Shown: positions 27,995 to 38,251 of the stretch, piece after piece
Numbering within the stretch: position 1 is the stretch's first letter
How the letters are laid out: each line of letters starts with the position of its first letter
DNA from: Clostridiales bacterium
GTDB taxonomy: Bacteria; Bacillota; Clostridia; Christensenellales; DTU072
Direction: 5' to 3'
NCBI GenBank assembly: GCA_012838805.1
Contig: DUON01000014.1
Location: 2,900 to 66,899 of the forward strand
Length of the DNA stretch: 64,000 nt
Program-made: the position numbers and the translations under genes
The notes under the pieces: model-generated
Seen by the model: only the letters and a program-made list of their open reading frames with translations
Told to the model about the DNA's origin: nothing
Databases searched by the model: none

Positions 27995-28072
27995 TATGTT
28001 TATAGCCGTTTTTAGCATATTACAAACATAAATTGGCAATGATAATAAGTGAATACGGCAAAGATAAAGAAC

Positions 28073-28101
28073 TTGTAAAAATAATATTATGAGTATATAA
28101 T
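28073..28101 (+). promoter_or_regulatory. Sigma-70-type promoter for the M16 peptidase-dUTPase-like-ftsK block
   Basis: TTGTAA (28073-28078), 17-nt spacer, TATAAT (28096-28101). Confidence 0.5.
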
Positions 28102-28149
28102 ATACTTAAATAAACATAGGCTACGATAGCATCAGAGAGGAATTTTTTA

Positions 28150-29412
28150 ATGGATATTATTACTTTTACAAACGGTCTCAGGCTTTGGGTTAAACAAATG
28201 AAGCATACAAGGTCTATATCAACGGGAGTTTTTGTAGGCGCAGGGTGTATGTATGAAAACAAAGAGAACAACGGTATCGCCCACTTTATTGAACATATGG
28301 TATTCAAGGGCACAACTACCAGAAGCGCCTACCAAATAGTTGAAGAAATGGAAAGATACGGCATTCAAATAAATGCTTTTACATCCAAAAACCATACGGC
28401 GTACTATACCGTTGCAATAGACGAATACGCGGAAAAATGCATGGAGATGCTTAGCGACCTATACTATAACGCTACTTTCACCGAAGAGAATATGGCACGG
28501 GAGAAAGGAGTTGTGCTTGAAGAAATAAGCATGGGCGAAGACGATTCTGAAGACAAATGTATGGAGCTCTTAAGTCAGGCTCATTTTGGCGACGATATCC
28601 TTGCTCTTCCCATTTTGGGAACACCCGAAACCGTCAACAGCTTTACCAGACAGACCATTGACGATTTTATGCGAAACTATTATACGCCCCAAAACACCAT
28701 GATTTCCATTGCGGGCAATATCACCAAAGAAAAAGCCGTGGAGCTTGTAAAAAAATATTTCAATATCAATTCTATCCATAGGGACCCCATAGTGTTCAAA
28801 AAGGATAGAGCCGTCCCTTCCAAACAGTTCTTCAAAAAAGAAAAGGATATCGAGCAGGCGAATGTGGGGATATGTTTTCCCTCTTTTGGGCTTACCGAAA
28901 AGCTCTCTCCAGCGTCAAGTATTATTATGAATATGCTTGGCGGTGGTATGAGTTCAAGACTTTTTCAAAGAATAAGGGAAGAGCTTGGATTGGTGTATAA
29001 TATTTATTCTTTGGATATGCAATATGTGGAAGAAGGCTTTGTAAATATATTCTTTGCCACCAATCCATCCTCCGTCAAACAAGCGCTTAAAGCAATAAGA
29101 GAAGTCATATTGAAAGTAAGAGAGGAAGGCTTTAGCGAAGAAGAAATCAAAAAGAGCAAAGCCCAATTTAAGTCCGCAATAATAATTGCTGCGGAAAGTT
29201 CCGCACATTTAATGAAAGCGGGCGGAAAATATGGTATACTAATGAATAAGGCATACAATCTTGACAATAGATTAAACGATATAGAAGCCGTGACCGCCGA
29301 CGACATAAAAAAAGCTTTGGACTTCATCATGAATATATCGCTTTCAAGCTTGAGCTATGTGGGCAAACCTATTGAGGAAGATTTGTTAGAGTACTTTGTC
29401 AAAGGAGAATAA
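28150..29412 (+). CDS. M16-family (pitrilysin/insulinase-like) zinc peptidase
   Basis: Inverted zinc motif HFIEHMVFKGT plus downstream E. 420 aa, the typical size. Confidence 0.85.
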   Translation: MDIITFTNGLRLWVKQMKHTRSISTGVFVGAGCMYENKENNGIAHFIEHMVFKGTTTRSAYQIVEEMERYGIQINAFTSKNHTAYYTVAIDEYAEKCMEMLSDLYYNATFTEENMAREKGVVLEEISMGEDDSEDKCMELLSQAHFGDDILALPILGTPETVNSFTRQTIDDFMRNYYTPQNTMISIAGNITKEKAVELVKKYFNINSIHRDPIVFKKDRAVPSKQFFKKEKDIEQANVGICFPSFGLTEKLSPASSIIMNMLGGGMSSRLFQRIREELGLVYNIYSLDMQYVEEGFVNIFFATNPSSVKQALKAIREVILKVREEGFSEEEIKKSKAQFKSAIIIAAESSAHLMKAGGKYGILMNKAYNLDNRLNDIEAVTADDIKKALDFIMNISLSSLSYVGKPIEEDLLEYFVKGE

Positions 29413-29413
29413 T

Positions 29414-29788
29414 ATGGACAGACTTCAAGAGCTGTTTGATATGCAAAGGAAATTTGACCTTGAGGTAGTAGAGAAGAGAAATTTACATAACATCACTCCC
29501 GATGAATGGATGCAGAAAGAGACCTTAGCCATGATAAGCGAGCTAAGCGAACTTCTTGACGAAGTAAATTTCAAATGGTGGAAAAATCCAAAAACCGTAG
29601 ATTATCAAAGAGTTAAGGAAGAGCTGATAGACATATTTCATTTCTTTATGAGCATGTGCCTAAAGATCGGCATGGACGCGGACGAAGTCTATCAAAGATA
29701 TATAGAAAAAAATAAAGAGAACTTCAAAAGGCAACAAGGGCTTTCACAAAAGAGAGGATACGCTGTCAGCGAACTAAATAAAGAATGA
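29414..29788 (+). CDS. All-alpha NTP pyrophosphatase, dimeric-dUTPase/MazG-like
   Basis: Start moved to the ATG at 29414 (GGAGAA SD). Acidic helix motifs ETLAMISELSELLDEV and EELIDIFHFFMS are characteristic of dimeric dUTPase-type enzymes. Assignment is from motif memory. Confidence 0.55.
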   Translation: MDRLQELFDMQRKFDLEVVEKRNLHNITPDEWMQKETLAMISELSELLDEVNFKWWKNPKTVDYQRVKEELIDIFHFFMSMCLKIGMDADEVYQRYIEKNKENFKRQQGLSQKRGYAVSELNKE

Positions 29789-29798
29789 AGGGATTTTT

Positions 29799-32525
29799 AT
29801 GAAGAAAAGAGAAAAAAAAGAAAGATTGGCGATAATCATTTCGTTGGTTGTAATTACCGCTTTAATCTGTATTCCGTCGATTAACAATATATTCGTGGGT
29901 ATCTTTGGGTACGCTGTTTATGCCTATATGGCGGCGGCTTACTGCTTTTTCTTTTTTCTTATGAAAGGCTATAAATTAGCTCTTCCAAAAAAGAAAGTGG
30001 CTCTATATTTAAGCATATTTTTTTCAATCCTCTTCACCGTACATATAGGGTTTACAAAAGAGCTTATTCGGGGAGGATTTGGAAGCTATATCCTTGACCC
30101 ATTTTTTGTGGAAAGCTTGGGAGGCACTCCAGGTGGAATTTTGACATCTATCGTCACATCGTTTATTGCTGTTCCCTTAGGATATCTTGGGTCGCTGCTC
30201 CTTTTCTTTTTTATTAGCGCATCTTTGCTATTTTTTGCCATTTTGCCTTTGTTCATAAAAAAAGATGAAGAAGCGGCAAAACAAAAACGCGCGTTTTTTC
30301 AAAGATTATTGAAAACAACCCCCCAAGCGGAAGAAAAGCCCGCTCTTGAGGTTATGAAAATAGAAGAGGACAAGCCCAAAAAGCCTTTGACCGTGGAAGA
30401 ATTTGAAAACGAACCAAAGCCCAAGACAAAGGAAGACGCTCGAAAGCTATTGTTTGAGGACAGGATAAGACCAGTCCAGAGAACGGACAATAGTAGATAT
30501 GCCGTCCAAGAAATATTGTCTCCCAAAGAACCCGAAAAGAAAAAGAACCCCTATGAGATTTTGCCGAATATCGAAGCGTCCCTTATAAAACCAAGGGATG
30601 AATGGTATACAAACAGCTTTTTCCAAAAAGATACAAAAAAAGCAAAAGAATTCTTGCTGAATACTTCGCTGGAAGAGGACTATCAAAGCCGTTACGGCAA
30701 AAAGAAAGAGCCCAAAGAAGAAAAGCCCAAGACATTTGAATTTACGCCTTATCAGCCCGAGGCATCAGAGCAAGAAGAGCTTAATCTGTCAAGGCAAGAG
30801 AATACTTGGGATACAGCCCCCATAGACTCAAATACTCAACCCCACTTTGAACAATCTGAAGTCTTTGAAAGACGGGAATCTCAAAGCTTATATGAAAGCC
30901 CCCCTCAAGACTTACGGAAATCTCAAAGCTTATATGAAAGCTCCCGTCAAGAATTTATACAAAATAGCGAGCGTATAGTAGAGCCTCCCGCTCCTCCAAA
31001 GCCCAAGACCAAAAGACCTTATGTCAAGCCTTATGTGGGCTTGTTAGAAAATCATATGAGTTTGGGGTTTGAAGAGGGCATAAGCGACAGCGAATACGCG
31101 CGTTATAAAGAAACGATTGAAAGCACTTTGAAACAGTTCGGGGTGGTGGCTACGGTCTTTAACGCCATAAAAGGTCCTACCGTCACAAGGTTTGAGATTC
31201 GCTTGGAGCAAAGCACAGGGAATTCGGTAAATAAAGTATTGAATCTGCATAAAGACCTCAAAATGGTTTTGGAAGCCGACGGAGAGATTAATATCTTAGC
31301 CCCGATTAAGGGCAAAAACGCCATAGGTATAGAAGTGCCCAACAAGATAAGAGGTATTGTATCCTTAAGGGAGACCATAAGCTCTTCTGAATTCCAAAAC
31401 GCCAAGGGCGGCATAAAACTGGCTTTGGGAAAGACTTTGGAGGGAAGACCGTATATTGCGGATTTAGAAGAAATGCCGCACTTATTGGTGGCAGGTGCTA
31501 CGGGCATGGGAAAAAGCGTTTGCATAAACACAATAATCACAAGTATTTTATTCAGGCATTCCCCTGACGAGGTCAGGTTGTTATTGATTGACCCCAAAAA
31601 AGTAGAGCTTATCAATTATACCGGACTGCCTCATCTGCTTGTAGAAGAGCCCCTTATCGAAATTTCTCAAATAGTAAAGGCACTGAAATGGATTAGGGAA
31701 GAGACCCTTCAGAGATTTAATACCTTTAAGGACCATAAAGTGGGGAGCATAAATGAATATAACCGATATGCACGGAACAACGGAATGCCGACCATACCCA
31801 AAATAGTCATTGTCATAGACGAGGCGTCCGAGCTTATGACCAAGGCAAAAAAAGAGGTTGAAGAAACCTTGTCCAGCCTTGCCCGAATAGGCAGAGCGGC
31901 GGGAGTGCATCTTATATTCGCCACTCAAAGCCCCACAAAAGATGTCATAACTTCAGAAATACAAAACAATCTCAACACCAAGATTGCTTTTGCAGTCAGC
32001 GACTATGTGCATTCCCAAGTTATATTCAAAGCCCAAGGCGCAGAAAAGCTTTTGGGCAAGGGCGATATGTTCTTAAAAGGTTCGGGTGGAGAGCTCATAA
32101 GGATACAATGTTCCTATGTAAGCAGTCAGGAAATACAAAGAATTACTAACTTTATTATACAAAACAATGAAGCTGACTTTGACTGTCCGATAATCCAAGC
32201 GATAGAGGATTCTGAACCCGAGCCAGAAAGCCTTTCCCGAAACGGCAAAAAAGCCAAGTCCGACGATGCATTTATGGACAGCATAAAGGAAGCTTTGAAG
32301 ATAGGGCTTAGGATGAAAGGCTTATCCACTTCAATGTTGCAAAGAAAGATGGAAAAAGGCTATAACAGCGCCGCCAAGATTATCGATTACTTAGAAGAAA
32401 ATAATTATATAGGCGCTCCCGACGCCGTCAACAGAAAGAGAAAACTGCTCATAACAGCAAAGGACTTTGTAAAATTGTTCCCCGAGGAACATGAAAGCGT
32501 AAGGGACCTGCTGATTGAAGAATGA
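29799..32525 (+). CDS. ftsK: DNA translocase FtsK/SpoIIIE
   Basis: N-terminal TM block, long low-complexity linker, Walker A GATGMGKS, Walker B VIVIDEASE, C-terminal gamma winged-helix (LQRKMEKGYNSAAKIIDYLEE). Confidence 0.95.
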   Translation: MKKREKKERLAIIISLVVITALICIPSINNIFVGIFGYAVYAYMAAAYCFFFFLMKGYKLALPKKKVALYLSIFFSILFTVHIGFTKELIRGGFGSYILDPFFVESLGGTPGGILTSIVTSFIAVPLGYLGSLLLFFFISASLLFFAILPLFIKKDEEAAKQKRAFFQRLLKTTPQAEEKPALEVMKIEEDKPKKPLTVEEFENEPKPKTKEDARKLLFEDRIRPVQRTDNSRYAVQEILSPKEPEKKKNPYEILPNIEASLIKPRDEWYTNSFFQKDTKKAKEFLLNTSLEEDYQSRYGKKKEPKEEKPKTFEFTPYQPEASEQEELNLSRQENTWDTAPIDSNTQPHFEQSEVFERRESQSLYESPPQDLRKSQSLYESSRQEFIQNSERIVEPPAPPKPKTKRPYVKPYVGLLENHMSLGFEEGISDSEYARYKETIESTLKQFGVVATVFNAIKGPTVTRFEIRLEQSTGNSVNKVLNLHKDLKMVLEADGEINILAPIKGKNAIGIEVPNKIRGIVSLRETISSSEFQNAKGGIKLALGKTLEGRPYIADLEEMPHLLVAGATGMGKSVCINTIITSILFRHSPDEVRLLLIDPKKVELINYTGLPHLLVEEPLIEISQIVKALKWIREETLQRFNTFKDHKVGSINEYNRYARNNGMPTIPKIVIVIDEASELMTKAKKEVEETLSSLARIGRAAGVHLIFATQSPTKDVITSEIQNNLNTKIAFAVSDYVHSQVIFKAQGAEKLLGKGDMFLKGSGGELIRIQCSYVSSQEIQRITNFIIQNNEADFDCPIIQAIEDSEPEPESLSRNGKKAKSDDAFMDSIKEALKIGLRMKGLSTSMLQRKMEKGYNSAAKIIDYLEENNYIGAPDAVNRKRKLLITAKDFVKLFPEEHESVRDLLIEE
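30877..30960 (+). repeat. Two tandem copies of a 42-bp unit inside the ftsK linker
   Basis: A 23-nt identical core AATCTCAAAGCTTATATGAAAGC occurs at 30877-30899 and 30919-30941. It encodes ESQSLYESPPQDLR / KSQSLYESSRQEFI. Confidence 0.85.
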
Positions 32526-32526
32526 C

Positions 32527-33843
32527 ATGAAAAAAATAGCCGCCATATCCTTAGGATGCGATAAAAACAGAATAGATACCGAAAATATGCTGTATCTTTT
32601 GAAAAATCAAGGTTTTGAGCTTACGCAAGACGCCGAAAAAGCCGATTATATATTGATAAACACTTGCGGGTTTATTGAGGCAGCGAAGAAAGAGAGCATA
32701 GACGCGATACTGGAAATGGGCGAGCTAAGAAAACAAGGCAAAAAGCTTGTAGTAACCGGTTGTCTTGTTCAAAGATACGCAAAAGATTTATTTGAGAATA
32801 TGCCCGAGGCGGATTTACTAATCGGTATAAACAGCCAAAACCAAATTGCCGATTTAGTCAAATCGCTAAGGGATGAAAGAGAACTGAAAATTGACAACAC
32901 CCCCAAGGAATATGTTTCGGGCAGGGTTGTCACAACGCCGTATCACTATGCTTATTTAAGAATAGCCGATGGATGCGACAATTTCTGTTCCTACTGTGCC
33001 ATACCGCTTATAAGAGGAAGATACCGCTCAGTCAGTATTGAAAGTTTAATCGCCGAGGCAAAGGCGCTTATAGACGAGGGCGTCAAGGAAATAATACTAA
33101 TCGCGCAAGACACCACAAGATACGGCAAGGATATCTATGGCAAGCCGTCTTTGAAAGAGCTGTTGAGAGAGCTTTTGAAGCTTGATGTATGGAAGATAAG
33201 GATATTATACGCCTATCCCGAACTTGTTGATAAAGAGCTTGTGGATATGATATCAAAGGAAGAAAAGATTGCCAAGTATATCGATATTCCTCTTCAGCAT
33301 ATAGACGACCAGATGCTTAAGAGAATGAATAGGAGAACGACAGAAAGAGAGATATTGAATTTATTGAATATGATAAAGGATATCGACAAAGACATAGCTA
33401 TAAGAACGACTTTTATTGTAGGATTTAACCAAGAGGACAAGAAGAAGTATGAAAAGCTCAAGAGCTTTATTGAAAACAATGATTATATAGACTATGCGGG
33501 CTTTTTCGGCTATTCTATCGAAGAGGGCACAAAGGCAAGCAAGTTTGTTGAAGGCAATGTCGATTCCAAGGAAATTGAAAAAAGGGTTGGGGAACTGGAA
33601 AGGATATGGAGTCAAAAAATTGTCGAAAACAATAAAAGATACATCGGACAAACCATTGAAGTTATATACGAGGGCATAGATTATGACAAGCAGATGTTTT
33701 GGGGAAGAAGCGAGTATCAAGCCCCCCAAATAGACACAAAAGTCTTATTTACTGCGAAAAGACCGCTTGATGTAGGGGATATCTATAAAGTAAAAATAAC
33801 ACATTCGGACTTCAACCTATACGGGGAAGAAACGGGAGAATAA
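32527..33843 (+). CDS. rimO: Ribosomal protein S12 methylthiotransferase RimO (MiaB-family radical SAM)
   Basis: Start moved to the ATG at 32527 (MKKIAAISLGCDKN). Radical-SAM motif CDNFCSYC. TRAM-like C-terminus. Confidence 0.85.
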   Translation: MKKIAAISLGCDKNRIDTENMLYLLKNQGFELTQDAEKADYILINTCGFIEAAKKESIDAILEMGELRKQGKKLVVTGCLVQRYAKDLFENMPEADLLIGINSQNQIADLVKSLRDERELKIDNTPKEYVSGRVVTTPYHYAYLRIADGCDNFCSYCAIPLIRGRYRSVSIESLIAEAKALIDEGVKEIILIAQDTTRYGKDIYGKPSLKELLRELLKLDVWKIRILYAYPELVDKELVDMISKEEKIAKYIDIPLQHIDDQMLKRMNRRTTEREILNLLNMIKDIDKDIAIRTTFIVGFNQEDKKKYEKLKSFIENNDYIDYAGFFGYSIEEGTKASKFVEGNVDSKEIEKRVGELERIWSQKIVENNKRYIGQTIEVIYEGIDYDKQMFWGRSEYQAPQIDTKVLFTAKRPLDVGDIYKVKITHSDFNLYGEETGE

Positions 33844-33847
33844 TATT

Positions 33848-34516
33848 ATGAGAGAGATTTTGAAATGTTACGCCAATTCCGATGAAGTGGAAGCAAGACT
33901 CAAAATGCTCAAGCCCGATTTAGAAAACTATAGTATTTATGGCGAAAATATGGATGTCACGATAGTATTTGAGGAGATATCCCAAGACGACTATGACGAT
34001 ATCACAGAGATGCTGGACGATATTATCTATAATGACCGAGATGTCTCTTTGGCAAGGACGCTGGTCAGCTTTTTAAGAAAGAACGGATTGACCATAGCCG
34101 TGGCGGAGAGCTGTACTGGCGGACTTATCTCTTCTGCAATAGTCGATATAGAGGGTGCAAGCGATGTCTTTTATGAGGGAATGGTCACTTATTCCAACCT
34201 TTCGAAGATGACAAGACTAAATGTTAAAAGTCAGACTTTGGAAGAGTTTGGAGCGGTAAGCCAAGAGACCGTTTTAGAAATGGCGAACGGCGTACTGACT
34301 GAAAGTGTGGACTTTGGTATATCAATAAGCGGAATTGCGGGACCCGAAGGCGGTTCTTTGGAAAAACCCGTAGGTCTTGTATATATAGGAATCGTGGGAC
34401 AGAATTCCAGCGAAGTAATAAAGAATGTTTTTGAGGGAGATAGACAGAAAATAAGAGAATGCGCTAAGAATGCGGCGCTGTTTTATACTCTTCAACACAT
34501 AAAAAAATACTATTAA
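33848..34516 (+). CDS. cinA: CinA-family protein, C-terminal PncC (nicotinamide-nucleotide amidase) domain with an unrelated ~70-aa N-terminus
   Basis: [15 protein letters not shown] motif and [10 protein letters not shown] block. Sits directly upstream of recA as in many Firmicutes. Confidence 0.8.
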   Translation: MREILKCYANSDEVEARLKMLKPDLENYSIYGENMDVTIVFEEISQDDYDDITEMLDDIIYNDRDVSLARTLVSFLRKNGLTIAVAESCTGGLISSAIVDIEGASDVFYEGMVTYSNLSKMTRLNVKSQTLEEFGAVSQETVLEMANGVLTESVDFGISISGIAGPEGGSLEKPVGLVYIGIVGQNSSEVIKNVFEGDRQKIRECAKNAALFYTLQHIKKYY

Positions 34517-34527
34517 GGAGAGAAACG

Positions 34528-35547
34528 ATGAACAACAAAGAGAATATTGAATTGGAAAACAAAAAAAAGAATCTTAGTCAGACTATTTTACAGATAGAAA
34601 AGCAATTCGGTAAAGGCTCTATAATGACTCTTGACGGAGATAGAGTCACGGAAATCGATGTCATCCCTACCGGATGCCTATCGCTGGATGTGGCGTTGGG
34701 GATTGGAGGTATCCCAAGAGGGAGAGTAATTGAAATTTATGGTCCCGAATCGTCCGGAAAGACTACTTTGGCACTTCATATGATTGCAAGTGCGCAAAAG
34801 CTCAATGGCATAGCGGCTTTTATTGACGCCGAACACGCTTTAGACCCTGTGTATGCGGAAAAATTGGGCGTGGATCTTGCCAATCTGTATGTGTCCCAAC
34901 CCGATAACGGGGAGCAGGCTTTGGATATTACTGAACAGCTTGTAAAGAGCGGAAGCATTGATATAGTCGTCATTGACTCCGTAGCCGCCCTTACTCCCAA
35001 AGCGGAGATAGAAGGCGAAATGGGAGACTCTCATGTGGGGCTTCAAGCACGGCTTATGTCCCAAGCTCTGAGAAAGCTCACCGGGATAATTAATAAATCC
35101 AAAACAAGTGTGGTGTTCATCAATCAGTTGAGGGAAAAGGTCGGGGTCGTATACGGCAGTCCCGAAGTTACCACAGGCGGAAAGGCTTTGAAGTTTTATG
35201 CAAGCATGAGGCTTGATGTAAGAAGAGTTGATGCCATAAAACGCGGTACCGAACAGATTGGGAACAAGACAAAAGTCAAGGTGACAAAAAACAAACTTGC
35301 ATCCCCGTTCAAGACAGTTGAGTTTGATATCATTTTTGGAAAAGGCATTTCCTCTCATGGCTCTATATTAAATCTTGCAGTGGAAAACGGACTTATTGAA
35401 AAGTCGGGCTCATGGTTTAGTTATAATGATGAAAAAATCGGTCAAGGAAGAGAAAGAGCGATTGAGTATCTCATAAGCAACCCTGAGGTATCCCAAAAGC
35501 TTGAAAATCAAATCAGAGAAATTTATAACCTCAACAAGAGTGCATAA
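34528..35547 (+). CDS. recA: Recombinase RecA
   Basis: Walker [32 protein letters not shown]2 loop region. 339 aa. Confidence 0.98.
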   Translation: MNNKENIELENKKKNLSQTILQIEKQFGKGSIMTLDGDRVTEIDVIPTGCLSLDVALGIGGIPRGRVIEIYGPESSGKTTLALHMIASAQKLNGIAAFIDAEHALDPVYAEKLGVDLANLYVSQPDNGEQALDITEQLVKSGSIDIVVIDSVAALTPKAEIEGEMGDSHVGLQARLMSQALRKLTGIINKSKTSVVFINQLREKVGVVYGSPEVTTGGKALKFYASMRLDVRRVDAIKRGTEQIGNKTKVKVTKNKLASPFKTVEFDIIFGKGISSHGSILNLAVENGLIEKSGSWFSYNDEKIGQGRERAIEYLISNPEVSQKLENQIREIYNLNKSA

Positions 35548-35585
35548 ATTTTTTCTCATATAAAGAACGGATGATGATATAGCCC

Positions 35586-35615
35586 TTGACATATGAGGGT
35601 ATTATAGTTTATAAT
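35586..35615 (+). promoter_or_regulatory. Sigma-70-type promoter upstream of rny
   Basis: TTGACA (35586-35591), 18-nt spacer, TATAAT (35610-35615). Confidence 0.55.
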
Positions 35616-35698
35616 TTTTTTTGAATATTAAAGTTATTTTTGTTTTTGCGAACGGCAAGAATAGCGTGAAATTTAACAATTGAATATAGGAGGTAGAA

Positions 35699-37297
35699 AT
35701 GTTAAGCAGTCTTAGTCCTATGCTTGCGATAAGCTCCTTAGAGATTGCCTTGATAGTTGCCCTTCCTTTAAGTATAGCCATCGGTACTTTGATTGGTATA
35801 GTCGTGTACAAAAAGCTTACGGAAAAGAGAATAGGCAGCTCCAAGACCGAAGCGTCCAGAATTTTGGAAGACGCAAGGTTGGAAGCCAAGACAATGCGAA
35901 AAGAAGCTTTATTGGAGGCCAAAGAGGAACAATTAAGATTGCGAAACGAGTTTGAAAAAGAATCTAAGCAAAGACGAATCGAACTTCAAAAACAAGAGGC
36001 AAGGCTTAATCAAAAAGAAGACTCTTTAGACAAAAAAGAGCGTATTATGGACAGTAAGCTGGAGCTATTGGAAAAGACAAAATTGGAATTAGAGAAAAAA
36101 GAGCTTGAGCTTAAGGAAAAACAGATTGAGCTTGACCATCACAGCCAAAGAATGCTGGAGGAGTTGGAGAAGATCGCGGGACTGACCTCGGAAGAGGCAA
36201 AAACCATTCTTATTGACCAAATGACGGAAGAAGCCAAGAAAGAGGCTTCGGCTATCATTAGGGAAATAGAGAACAAAGCTAAAGAAGAGGGAGAAAAGAA
36301 AGCAAAGAATATCATAAGCTTAGCTATTCAAAGATGCGCCGTAGACCATTCCGCTGATACCACAGTATCAGTTGTGGAACTGCCTAACGAAGAGATGAAA
36401 GGCAGAATTATTGGCAGGGTGGGAAGAAATATCAAGGCGCTGGAAAGCGTCACGGGCGTGGACATAATTATCGATGACACGCCGGATGTGGTTACTCTTA
36501 CTGGCTTTGACCCGGTGAGAAGGGAAATAGCTAGACTTACTTTGCAAAAACTTATAGCCGACGGCAGAATTCATCCTCAAAGAATAGAGGAAATCGCCGA
36601 AAGAGTCAAAAGAGACATAAACCAACAAATAAAAGAAATGGGAGATGCGGCTGTTTTTGATACGGGACTGTATGGGGTACATCCAGAACTGGTGAAACTT
36701 CTTGGAAGACTGAAGTACCGTACAAGCTATGGTCAGAATGTTCTCAATCATTCCATGGAAGTAGCGTATCTCGCAGGTCTTATGGCTCAGGAACTGGGTG
36801 CCGATGTTAAGACGGCAAAAAGAGCTGGACTCTTACACGATATAGGAAAAGCCGTGGATCAGGAATATGAGGGCACTCATATCCAAATAGGCGTAGAACT
36901 GGCTAGAAAGTACAAAGAGAATGAAAAAGTTATACATGCCATTGCAGCGCATCATGGCGACATAGAAGCCAATTCTGTGGAAGCCGTGCTTGTACAGGCG
37001 GCGGATGCCATAAGCGGTTCAAGACCGGGCGCAAGAAGAGAATCCCTTGAAAATTATGTCAAGCGTTTAGAGAAATTAGAGAATTTAGCAAACTCGTTCG
37101 CAGGAGTGGAGCAGTCATACGCTATACAGGCGGGAAGAGAAATAAGAGTTATTGTACAGCCTGACAAAGTGGATGACGCCCAAACATTATTCTTGGCAAA
37201 AGAAATAGCCAAAAAACTAGAATCCGAACTGGAATATCCGGGACAGATAAAAGTAAATGTTATTAGAGAGCTGAGAAGCGTAGAATATGCAAAATAA
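35699..37297 (+). CDS. rny: Ribonuclease Y
   Basis: N-terminal TM helix, E/K-rich coiled coil, KH domain ([15 protein letters not shown]), HD domain (HSMEVA...LLHDIGK). Confidence 0.95.
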   Translation: MLSSLSPMLAISSLEIALIVALPLSIAIGTLIGIVVYKKLTEKRIGSSKTEASRILEDARLEAKTMRKEALLEAKEEQLRLRNEFEKESKQRRIELQKQEARLNQKEDSLDKKERIMDSKLELLEKTKLELEKKELELKEKQIELDHHSQRMLEELEKIAGLTSEEAKTILIDQMTEEAKKEASAIIREIENKAKEEGEKKAKNIISLAIQRCAVDHSADTTVSVVELPNEEMKGRIIGRVGRNIKALESVTGVDIIIDDTPDVVTLTGFDPVRREIARLTLQKLIADGRIHPQRIEEIAERVKRDINQQIKEMGDAAVFDTGLYGVHPELVKLLGRLKYRTSYGQNVLNHSMEVAYLAGLMAQELGADVKTAKRAGLLHDIGKAVDQEYEGTHIQIGVELARKYKENEKVIHAIAAHHGDIEANSVEAVLVQAADAISGSRPGARRESLENYVKRLEKLENLANSFAGVEQSYAIQAGREIRVIVQPDKVDDAQTLFLAKEIAKKLESELEYPGQIKVNVIRELRSVEYAK

Positions 37298-37307
37298 TAA
37301 TATACCA

Positions 37308-37348
37308 AACGAAAAAGCGTTATCTTAAGATAGCGCTTTTCGTTTTTT
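37308..37348. terminator. Bidirectional terminator between rny and the DUF3267-like gene
   Basis: Imperfect 16-17-bp stem AACGAAAAAGCGTTATC / GATAGCGCTTTTCGTT, flanked by an A-run and a T-run. Confidence 0.7.
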
Positions 37349-37353
37349 ATAGG

Positions 37354-38100
37354 CTATCTGGACAAAAAGAGAATCACTCCCACCACCGTTAATACAATTA
37401 CGCTTGCCGCAAGGAAAAAAAGAATCTTCAAAATCTTTAAGGCAAGGTTTTTCTTTTTGTTTTCTCCTTCAAAAGGCGAAGTCTTCATCTGTTCAATCAA
37501 GAATTGTTCTTGCTCTGGCGTGGCTTCCACAAAACCTTCGGGTTCCTGTCCCTTTGGATATAATAAGTAATAAGCGGGAGCATTGGGGTGGTCCATAATC
37601 AACTGGTCCTTGTCGTATTTTGTCAAGCTCTTAAACATCATGAGGTCTCCCGCTCCCCCGCTGACCATAACGGCAAATAAAAAAATCCAAATGAGGTTTC
37701 CCCAAATGGTTACGAAAATAATAGGTATAAGTCCTGTGAGAATAACGGGAAAGATTAAAGCAAGCATATAGGCTTTTTTAGGCATTGGCTTTTTGCAGGA
37801 GCAATATACCATGCCGTGTTTGGGTACGACGCCGAATTTTATATCCGATGGTTTGGCTTTGCCAAAAATAATAAACCCTAAGGCGTGTAACAATTCATGA
37901 ACAATGACAAACAAGAAGCCCAGAGCTATGACCACAATCAAATCGATAAAGAATTTGCCCGTCACAGCAGAACGAAAGTCAAAGACAAAAATGTTCAAAA
38001 TCGAGAACAAAGTATAGGACAACAAAAACATCACAAGAGAGAGATTTATTATATTTGCGGCGTCGAAAGCCACAATCTGTTTTTTATATTCCATAAACAC
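37354..38100 (-). CDS. DUF3267-like polytopic membrane protein with zincin HExxH motif
   Basis: HELLHALGF embedded after TM2, 5-6 hydrophobic spans, GDLMMF block. DUF3267 assignment is from motif memory. Confidence 0.6.
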   Translation of the reverse strand: MFMEYKKQIVAFDAANIINLSLVMFLLSYTLFSILNIFVFDFRSAVTGKFFIDLIVVIALGFLFVIVHELLHALGFIIFGKAKPSDIKFGVVPKHGMVYCSCKKPMPKKAYMLALIFPVILTGLIPIIFVTIWGNLIWIFLFAVMVSGGAGDLMMFKSLTKYDKDQLIMDHPNAPAYYLLYPKGQEPEGFVEATPEQEQFLIEQMKTSPFEGENKKKNLALKILKILFFLAASVIVLTVVGVILFLSR

Positions 38101-38150
38101 CTCAGGTCTATTATATATAAGTTCCGACTTTCATTCAAGTATTTTTGCAG

Positions 38151-38179
38151 TTGACACTTCCAAAGTATGAGTTTAAAAT
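38151..38179 (+). promoter_or_regulatory. Sigma-70-type promoter for the WYL regulator gene
   Basis: TTGACA (38151-38156), 17-nt spacer, TAAAAT (38174-38179). Confidence 0.55.
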
Positions 38180-38251
38180 AGAAATAATATATACTTATTG
38201 TTCATTAAGGTGGGTTTTCAATAGTATTTATAAAAAAATAAGAGGTAAAAT

